Of a stretch of DNA of 64,000 nucleotides, positions 51,199 through 58,350 are shown one piece after another. Origin of the DNA: Spirochaetota bacterium (lineage in GTDB: Bacteria; Spirochaetota; UBA4802; UBA5550); contig OY760686.1 of assembly GCA_963663865.1 (NCBI GenBank), positions 1,920,001 through 1,984,000 on the forward strand. Reading direction: 5' to 3'. A program made the translations under genes and the position numbers. Position 1 is the stretch's first letter, and every line of letters starts with the position of its first letter. The notes under the pieces were generated by a model that was not told where the DNA came from, did no database searches, and worked only from the letters and a program-made list of their open reading frames with translations.

Positions 51199-52344
51199 TT
51201 GATGGATGTCTTCAGCAATGTTTTTACTCGACTCATAGGTATAGTATATTTAACTGTTAATCTTATTCTGCTCTACCTTTTTCTTACACCAAAGCGTTCT
51301 CTCCTGTTTCAGATAATCGCTTTTTTGGCAACATTCGTTGTAGTTCATTTTTTCATTCCTCACCCTGAAGGCCTTTATGACACAGATTTCATTCTAAAAG
51401 CCTATCTTCTCGGGACCCTTTACCTGATACCCTGCCTCCTTGTATTCCAGGAAAAAACTTACGCAAAGATTTATGTTTTTTTTATGAATTACACACTTAC
51501 CCAATTTGTCTTTTTGATACTGCTTCACATAGTAAGACTGGCTGGGCCTTCCGTTCCGTCTCTTTGGGTACTTGCAGGCCTGCTTATAGAGGCAGCTTTT
51601 CTCCCCCTGATAAGAAAAAACCTAAAATCACCTCTTTCATTAATTCTGGGACTAATTGACAGCCGATATCCCGCATTTACACTCTTTCCAATTCTTTCAT
51701 TTCTATTACTTGCACACTTTGCTCTGACAGGAGAGATTAACAGTCCAGCTTTTGTAACGCTTACACTTTCTGCCGCATTAATATTCTATTCTTATTACCT
51801 GATTGGTACTGCAATAAAGGCGACACGCAGGGAAAGCGAGTTTGAGCACATTTCCAATTCAGACAGCCTGACTGGAGTTTCAAACCGAAGGCATATGGAA
51901 AGACTAATCAACGAGCAATTACAGCATTTTCGTAAAACCGGAATCGAGTTTTCATTAATTATCGCGGATATTGACCATTTTAAATCAATAAATGATACCT
52001 ACGGCCACGACAATGGAGATGTTTTGCTCGTTGAAGTTGTTAACAAGATAAGCAGTTCAGTAAGGAACGTAGATACGGTTTCACGCTGGGGCGGAGAGGA
52101 GTTTCTTCTGCTTCTGCCTTCGACAGGCCGCGAAAACGCCTTCGCCATGGCTGAAAGGATAAGAAAAAAAATCTCTCATCATGCTTTCATCATTGGATCA
52201 ACCAGATTAAATGTTTCACTCACGCTGGGCGTCTCGGTCATCAGAGCTGATGACACATCGGAAAGTATAATTAAAAGAGCTGATACAGCTCTGTACAGCG
52301 GCAAGAAGTCCACAAGAAACTGTTCTATCATGAGCACAGAGTAA
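51199..52344 (+). CDS. Multi-TM diguanylate cyclase
   Basis: About 7 TM helices, DSLTG, DIDHFKSINDTYGH, RNVD I-site, GGEEF. Confidence 0.92.
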   Translation: MMDVFSNVFTRLIGIVYLTVNLILLYLFLTPKRSLLFQIIAFLATFVVVHFFIPHPEGLYDTDFILKAYLLGTLYLIPCLLVFQEKTYAKIYVFFMNYTLTQFVFLILLHIVRLAGPSVPSLWVLAGLLIEAAFLPLIRKNLKSPLSLILGLIDSRYPAFTLFPILSFLLLAHFALTGEINSPAFVTLTLSAALIFYSYYLIGTAIKATRRESEFEHISNSDSLTGVSNRRHMERLINEQLQHFRKTGIEFSLIIADIDHFKSINDTYGHDNGDVLLVEVVNKISSSVRNVDTVSRWGGEEFLLLLPSTGRENAFAMAERIRKKISHHAFIIGSTRLNVSLTLGVSVIRADDTSESIIKRADTALYSGKKSTRNCSIMSTE

Positions 52345-52480
52345 TTCATATCATAAACCAAACCTGCTCTTATCCCGAGTTAAAACAATCATAAACCCCG
52401 AGAATATTTAATTGACTATAAATGTCAGCAGTACAAGAGTCATGTTATAGAATCTCATTAATCTAAGCTCAGAGGCCCTT

Positions 52481-53731
52481 TTGATAAAGGAAAAAATATT
52501 TTTGATTGTCGTATTCGGATTCATCGCTTCTTTCCAGAGCATATATGGCGGTTCTGACGATTTCAATATTACAGGACTGCCTCTCGCGTCATATTCCACC
52601 GATGAGGACCTCAGGTATGGCGGGCGCGTCTATCTCTACACCGGAAACAGCGGAAGCCGTTCGAGTCAGTACGCCTATCCCTACGACAGCAGAACATATC
52701 TTCAGGCTACGGCTTCGACAAAGGGGCGTCTTGACGCCGAACTGGACTACGACAGCTGCGGCTTTCTTCATGAAAGACTGAGGCTTCAATGCAAACTGTT
52801 TTACGAAAGAATTCTGAACGAAAACTACTTCGGAACAGATGCCGGCAGCACCGACTCTCTCAGGGCACCTGACGGGACTTCCTACTCAACCTACAGCGGC
52901 TATGAAGACCTGTTCCTTAACGCGGACAGCGGAACCTTTGCAAACTACAACCTCTATGAGCATAACACGGCTGAGGGCTCCGCGCGAATCACCGCGATGC
53001 TGCCCTTCGACCTTCGCGTAATGACGGGAATCAGGGCCGGCAGCATTGACATTGATACAAAGGACAATGGAGTTCCGGACTCAACCCTTATGTCCCGTGA
53101 GCAGCCAGCGGGAATACAGGGCGGACTCATTACCTCCTTGCTTTTCAGCGTATCGCACGACACCAGAGACTACGAACCCGATCCGAAGAACGGATCAGCT
53201 TTAGACATCTCTGCTCTCATATCCCCTGACGGGACATTATCCGATTACGGATACTCTGCCTTTTCCGCCTCATACAGAAAGTACGTCTCTTTCAAGTCGA
53301 GGTTTACGCTTGCAATGAGGGCCGCATGGACATACTCTACTGATGGCGCTCCATTCTTCCGGAAGGGAGAATTCCTTACCATGAGCGACGTGATACCGGG
53401 GCTTGGAGGCTACAAGACGCTTCGTGGATACCGGAAAAACCGGTTCGTCGATGACTGCATGACTCTCGCTAATGCCGAATTGCGTGTAAGGCTTGACAGC
53501 TTTACCATTGCCGGTTCAACTTTTCAGCCGGTATATCTGGCATTTGTTGACGCGGGACGTGCCTATGGCGGCCCTGCTGATCCGATAACCGATCCGGATT
53601 TAAACGGCTGTCACACCTCATGGGGCATGGGCGGCGCGGTAGCGTGGAACCGTTCAACGGTGATACACGGCTGGGTTGCAATGTCAAAAGAGGACCTGGG
53701 CATATCAATTAATTTCAATTACATATTCTGA
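52481..53731 (+). CDS. Omp85/BamA-TamA-family beta-barrel without POTRA domains
   Basis: Signal peptide, HDTRD...P..G, GGYKTLRGY lid motif, NAELR, FVDAG, C-terminal Phe. Confidence 0.85.
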   Translation: MIKEKIFLIVVFGFIASFQSIYGGSDDFNITGLPLASYSTDEDLRYGGRVYLYTGNSGSRSSQYAYPYDSRTYLQATASTKGRLDAELDYDSCGFLHERLRLQCKLFYERILNENYFGTDAGSTDSLRAPDGTSYSTYSGYEDLFLNADSGTFANYNLYEHNTAEGSARITAMLPFDLRVMTGIRAGSIDIDTKDNGVPDSTLMSREQPAGIQGGLITSLLFSVSHDTRDYEPDPKNGSALDISALISPDGTLSDYGYSAFSASYRKYVSFKSRFTLAMRAAWTYSTDGAPFFRKGEFLTMSDVIPGLGGYKTLRGYRKNRFVDDCMTLANAELRVRLDSFTIAGSTFQPVYLAFVDAGRAYGGPADPITDPDLNGCHTSWGMGGAVAWNRSTVIHGWVAMSKEDLGISINFNYIF

Positions 53732-53742
53732 GATGAGAACAC

Positions 53743-54540
53743 ATGAATAAGATACTTACAGCATCAGCCATTATTCTTACAGCGGCGGCAACGCAACCTG
53801 CCGGCGCGGAGGTGAACTACGCTGACATCTTCAGCAGTGAAGAGATCAGGGACGTTACGGCCGGGGCAATAATTACTGACGTGAAGTACTTCGGCGATAC
53901 TGTCTGCACAGGCCGCGTGCGCAAGGCCGGAGACAGCGCGGCTGAGCTCTTCCTGAAAGAGCCGCTTAAGAACTTTCACCTCATCGCTTCAGAGAGGGCC
54001 TTCATCCCACTCCCTAAAAAAAAGATTCCTGAATTTCTAAAGAAGCTCACATCGATAAAGATGCTCGAAGACCTCGACTACTACTCCATGACTGAGAATC
54101 GTGTTGAGCGCTTCATCAAGGACGTCAAAGTTATCCGATTGAATAGCAAGCCGGACGCCGGCAACAGCATTTATTCAGGGGGGGATATTGCCGTTACTGA
54201 CAACAGGTTCGGCCGTATGATGTTCAGGACTTTGATGAAGGCAGGAAGCCGTAGTGTCATCATAGAAAACACAACCACCGAAAGCCTTTCAAAGTTCGGA
54301 TTCACTGTCTGTGAACGCGGCGATTACCGGACATATACGGCGCTCTACTACCTGCCGGCGCATAAAGGCTTTCTATACTATTCAATACACGCCATGAAGA
54401 TAAAGCATTCAGGGATACTGAAGATATATCCGGTTAATCCAGGAAGCTTCGGCAACAGGTTGAGGGCCTCGTTTATTCGTGCCGCGTCATTGGCTGGAGT
54501 GAAGAGGCTGGACCGGCTTGCGGCTTTCAGGGGAAAATGA
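53743..54540 (+). CDS. Exported hypothetical protein (DUF6675-like)
   Basis: Signal peptide, L..LDYYS, DNRFG, SFGNRLRA motifs. Confidence 0.55.
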   Translation: MNKILTASAIILTAAATQPAGAEVNYADIFSSEEIRDVTAGAIITDVKYFGDTVCTGRVRKAGDSAAELFLKEPLKNFHLIASERAFIPLPKKKIPEFLKKLTSIKMLEDLDYYSMTENRVERFIKDVKVIRLNSKPDAGNSIYSGGDIAVTDNRFGRMMFRTLMKAGSRSVIIENTTTESLSKFGFTVCERGDYRTYTALYYLPAHKGFLYYSIHAMKIKHSGILKIYPVNPGSFGNRLRASFIRAASLAGVKRLDRLAAFRGK

Positions 54541-54733
54541 CGGTGCCCGGAAAGATAATGCGAACTTGACCGGGCTGCCTGCATATTATTGCATTTTTCT
54601 TGACACAAACGCGCTCTATAGGGAATGTAGAAGCAGCATTGAATGAAGCAGAGATTATTTTGATCTGAGGGTCAATATCCCCCCGCCAAAACAGAGACTC
54701 TGCTCCTGAAAACCCGGTTCGAAACAGGTTAAC

Positions 54734-56134
54734 ATGATAAACATTATACTTTGCGGTGGTACAGGCACAGGGATGTGGCCGGTATCGAGGACGATGTATC
54801 CCAAGCAGTTCGCGGCAATCACAGGCGGACTTTCGACATTTCAGAAAACTGTTTTGAGAAACTCAAAGATGTTCGATGAGTTGTGTATTTCAGCAAGCAG
54901 CGATAACTACTTCATAGCCAAGCATCAGCTCGAATCCGTTCTGACCGGTGAAAAAGTCAGGTATATCCTTGAGCCCGCGGTAAAAAACACCGCGCCGGCA
55001 ATAGCGCTGGCATGCATGGGCATCGATCCGGAGAAAATTGTCGCCGTGACGCCCGCAGACCACATCATCGCGGATGAAAAAGCTTACGCCCGCCTCATGA
55101 GCGAAGCTGCAGAAGCCGCGTTAGAGGACAGGATTGCCGCCATAGGTGTTCCGGCTCTCAAGCCTGTGACTGAGTACGGCTATTTCCGCACAGCGGAAAG
55201 CGGAAACGGCGCTTTGAGAATAGCCGAGTTTCACGAAAAGCCGTCCATCGAAAACGCTTCGCTCTATGTATCTGACAGCAGCTGGTGGTGGAACAGCGGG
55301 ATATATGTTTTCAAAGCGGGCGTGTTTTTATATGAGCTTAAAACCTCATCGCCGGCTCTCTATGAATTTGCCCGCGCCGCATTCGAAGGCGGTGTGAAGT
55401 GCCGCGACAACGGAGCCTCTGGTCTAAAGGTGCCCGCGGATATAATGGAAAAGGTCGAATCAATCAGCATTGAAAAAGCCGTCATTGAGAATACGGGAAA
55501 CATATTCGCTGTTACCGGCGACATCGGCTGGAATGACCTTGGAAGCTTTGATTCGCTCTACTCCGTCTTAAAAAAGGACAGGAACGGTAACACCTCTGAG
55601 GGAAACATCATATACTCCGGCTCAACAAACAATCTCACCATATCAGACAATCGTAAAATCGCGATGGTCGGCGTTGACGATCTGATAGTCGTAGATACCC
55701 CTGACGCTTTGCTTGTCAGCCGCAAAAACGCCTCCGGTGAGCTCAAAGAAGTTGTGTCGCTTCTTCAGGATGAGGTCCCTGAAATAACATCGTTTCACAC
55801 GACTGTGCACCGTCCATGGGGAACATATACAATTCTGGACGAAGGAGAAGGCTTCAAGATCAAGCGTATTGCGGTGAAGCCAGGCAAGAGGCTGTCGCTT
55901 CAGAAACACGCTCAGAGGAGCGAACACTGGGTTGTTGTTTCAGGGACGGCCGTTGTCCAGATAGACGAAAACATGAACACAGTCCAGAAAAACGAATCAA
56001 TTTATGTTCCTGTCGGATCAGCCCACAGGCTGATAAACGAGGGCATGGTTGACCTTATTATTATAGAAACTCAGGTGGGAGACTACCTGGGCGAAGACGA
56101 TATAGTAAGGATTGAGGATGATTACAAGAGGTAG
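54734..56134 (+). CDS. manC: Mannose-1-phosphate guanylyltransferase / mannose-6-phosphate isomerase
   Basis: PKQF, LEP..KNTAPA, PADH, FHEKP, WNSG, WNDLGS, RPWG, LSLQKH..RSEHW, EDDIVR. Confidence 0.95.
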   Translation: MINIILCGGTGTGMWPVSRTMYPKQFAAITGGLSTFQKTVLRNSKMFDELCISASSDNYFIAKHQLESVLTGEKVRYILEPAVKNTAPAIALACMGIDPEKIVAVTPADHIIADEKAYARLMSEAAEAALEDRIAAIGVPALKPVTEYGYFRTAESGNGALRIAEFHEKPSIENASLYVSDSSWWWNSGIYVFKAGVFLYELKTSSPALYEFARAAFEGGVKCRDNGASGLKVPADIMEKVESISIEKAVIENTGNIFAVTGDIGWNDLGSFDSLYSVLKKDRNGNTSEGNIIYSGSTNNLTISDNRKIAMVGVDDLIVVDTPDALLVSRKNASGELKEVVSLLQDEVPEITSFHTTVHRPWGTYTILDEGEGFKIKRIAVKPGKRLSLQKHAQRSEHWVVVSGTAVVQIDENMNTVQKNESIYVPVGSAHRLINEGMVDLIIIETQVGDYLGEDDIVRIEDDYKR

Positions 56135-56249
56135 CGTGCCACTTGTTTAACACGGAGAACGTAGTCCCGATGTATAATGCGTAACGGCTCGACTGTTCCC
56201 TGCGTTAATATGTTTATTATCCCCATGCACTGTCTCACACGAAAATGTT

Positions 56250-56600
56250 CCGGCCTTCGGCTTCCCTACTTCTCTTGTTATCAGCGGGGGCCGACCGGGT
56301 GCTCAAACAAACGCAGCGCTTTTCCCCGCGTCTGACTGCGATGTACTCCGACAAACATGGTGTTTTAGTGCCGATGGCCGCCAGGAATATAATGGCGGAA
56401 TTAAGAAAATGCAGGTCCCCTGCTTCAACAACGCAACCCGGGCGATTTTCAAGGATGAAAATCGCACAGCGCCGACGTTCAGGATGAACTAGTGCCTAAG
56501 CCGCCCAGGAGGGGCAAAAAGGCTTAGGCCTTTTCATCACGATGATGATAACGGAGCTCAAACAGTCGAGTAACTGCAAAAGCCTAGCCCTTCCGGCGCC
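56250..56600 (+). repeat. Structured non-coding repeat, copy 1 (GGA-loop hairpin array)
   Basis: Left motif CCGGCCTTCGGCTTCCCT; core 56336-56600 aligns with 57611-57819; several hairpins with AGGA loops. Confidence 0.85.
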
Positions 56601-56857
56601 AAAAGACATTGGTCGAAAAGCAGGCGGTTTTTGCCAACAACAGATTGTCAACAGCACACGTGAATCAAAACAACAATCTATCTTAACGCGGCGAATGCGT
56701 TAGTCTTTCTCACTTAAAAAAAACAAAAACAGTAAAAATTGTAATTGATTTCCAAAGATTCTACTTTTAAGATTAATTGAATATTATTAATAACAATCTT
56801 TTATAATAATGTATTCTCTTAAACATAATTCTACTGCCCTCACTACAGGAGATTTGA

Positions 56858-57040
56858 ATGCTACCCTTAAAACAGAACTATATCATTGATACAAAAGGCA
56901 ATCCCGTTAGCGTGATTATTCCCAAAAAAGACTATGACAAGCTGGTAGATTACATAGAAGAACTGGAAGACATAGCCGCCTATGACTGCGCTAAAAAAGA
57001 GAAAGGTTCTCACAAGCCCTGGAAATCTGTAAAACGCTAA
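56858..57040 (+). CDS. Antitoxin of a RelE/ParE-type TA pair
   Basis: YIIDTKGNPVSVIIP..DY..L...EELED; 60 aa; AGGAG RBS; 3 nt upstream of the toxin. Confidence 0.85.
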   Translation: MLPLKQNYIIDTKGNPVSVIIPKKDYDKLVDYIEELEDIAAYDCAKKEKGSHKPWKSVKR

Positions 57041-57043
57041 ACA

Positions 57044-57301
57044 ATGTACGAAATTATTTTTCTTTCCTCAGCCGTAAGAGATTATAAAAAATTACCTGAT
57101 AAGGTAGTTCCAGACATAAATGACGCCATTGAAGCCCTTGCAGATAATCCCCATCCACGTGGATGCAAAAAACTAAAAAACCGCAATGCCTTTCGAATAC
57201 GTGTTAATATTTACCGTATAATCTATGAGATTAATGAACAAAATATAACTGTTTTTGTTATCAGAATAAGGCAGAGGAAAGAGGTTTACCGGAATTTATA
57301 A
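57044..57301 (+). CDS. relE: RelE/ParE-family toxin
   Basis: MYEIIF..SA.RD.KKL, LADNPHPRGCKKL, RIRV..YRIIY, R.RKEVYR. Confidence 0.92.
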   Translation: MYEIIFLSSAVRDYKKLPDKVVPDINDAIEALADNPHPRGCKKLKNRNAFRIRVNIYRIIYEINEQNITVFVIRIRQRKEVYRNL

Positions 57302-57381
57302 TGAACTGCCAAATAACAAACACGGAGCACTGACCCGGCCTTCGGCTCTCCTCAACTTGTCAGATGTGGAGGCTCGTTATC

Positions 57382-57515
57382 TCTCGCAAAGTTCGCCAAG
57401 TATGCGAAGTCCCTGATCTGAAACTTCATGAACTATTATTACCATTCAAATTCCGATGCTGCCTAATTCATTTATATTAATATTCTCCATTGCGTTCTCA
57501 GCGTACTTTGCGAGA
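57382..57515. repeat. Imperfect inverted repeat pair (CGCAAAG-type periodic arms) around an AT-rich spacer
   Basis: TCTCGCAAAGTTCGCCAAGTATGCGA (57382) versus TTGCGTTCTCAGCGTACTTTGCGAGA (57490-57515); 20 of 26 positions complementary. Confidence 0.7.
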
Positions 57516-57576
57516 ACACCATCAATACTGGCGTTTCGTATAGTTTCTTTTGAAGTTTGCTTATTTCCACGAGATG

Positions 57577-57861
57577 TTGGCTTCCCTCCTCATCTTGTCA
57601 TTCGCGGGGGCTGCGAGGTAGTCCGACAAACAGGATGTTTTAGTGCCGATGGCCGCTAGGAACATAATAGCGGTATTAAGAAACTGAAGGTCCCCTGCTT
57701 CAACACCTCAACCAGTGCGATTTTCAAGGATGAAAATCGCCTGGGCGCCGTTTCATCACGATGATGATAACGGCGTTGAAATAGTCTGGTAAAAGGAAAG
57801 GCCAAGCCTTTCCGGCGCCTGAGGAACGGGCTTTGGTCACTTTCGCCCGGACGAAAGTGAC
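57577..57861 (+). repeat. Structured non-coding repeat, copy 2, with terminal hairpin
   Basis: Same core as copy 1 but without a ~57-nt two-hairpin module; ends in GTCACTTTCG-CCCGGA-CGAAAGTGAC. Confidence 0.85.
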
Positions 57862-57981
57862 GAAGAAAAAGGTCTCACACTCCCAGTGTGAAGAAGACTG
57901 CAGGCTCCCTGCAAATAAAAATGCGTGTCACGAAACCCAGCGGCGAAAGAAATGCCCGTGCATTCTGCACAGCAAACAGTC

Positions 57982-58005
57982 GTAGGGGACGGTCGAGACC
58001 GTCCC
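57982..58005 (+). repeat. GTAG-type REP-like palindrome
   Basis: GTAG followed by GGGACGGTC-GA-GACCGTCCC. Confidence 0.7.
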
Positions 58006-58350
58006 GAATAAACAAAGTACCACGCTCGAAGCGTGAAATAGACGGCAGGCCCCCCTGCCAGAAGAGAAGCGTATCGCGCATCAGAGCGAGTTAATGCCAG
58101 CAGCCAAACACCAGGATAATCTAATCGGTGTTGACACGGATCATTCCTGCTGATAATAATCAGCTTATAGCAAAAAAATGAACAAACAGAGCTTCATTAT
58201 TAAGAATCAGTACATGAAACAGTTCTAATGATTATAATGCAAAAATAGCTGAACTCAAAATGAGGGCTATTTGATTTCTTTTACAAACACATCAACTCGC
58301 TTATTAGGATATCTATAAATTCTTAAAACTTAAAGGATGGTTTGATATAA

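Noticed and set aside
54646-54706. Structured leader or JUMPstart upstream of manC
   Set aside because: Only short stems; no ops (GGCGGTAG) or riboswitch consensus.
57311-57382. attC-like site after relE (AAATAAC...GTTATCT with CTGAC/GTCAG)
   Set aside because: The R boxes partly fit, but the L boxes do not pair, and there is no integrase or second cassette site in the window.
56336-57861. CRISPR array
   Set aside because: Only two long diverged copies; no regular repeat-spacer period and no cas genes.
56245-58094. ORFs 56245-56487, 57456-57659, 57875-58081 and 57888-58094
   Set aside because: They run through the palindromic repeats, have no recognisable motifs, and the repeat copies differ by indels.
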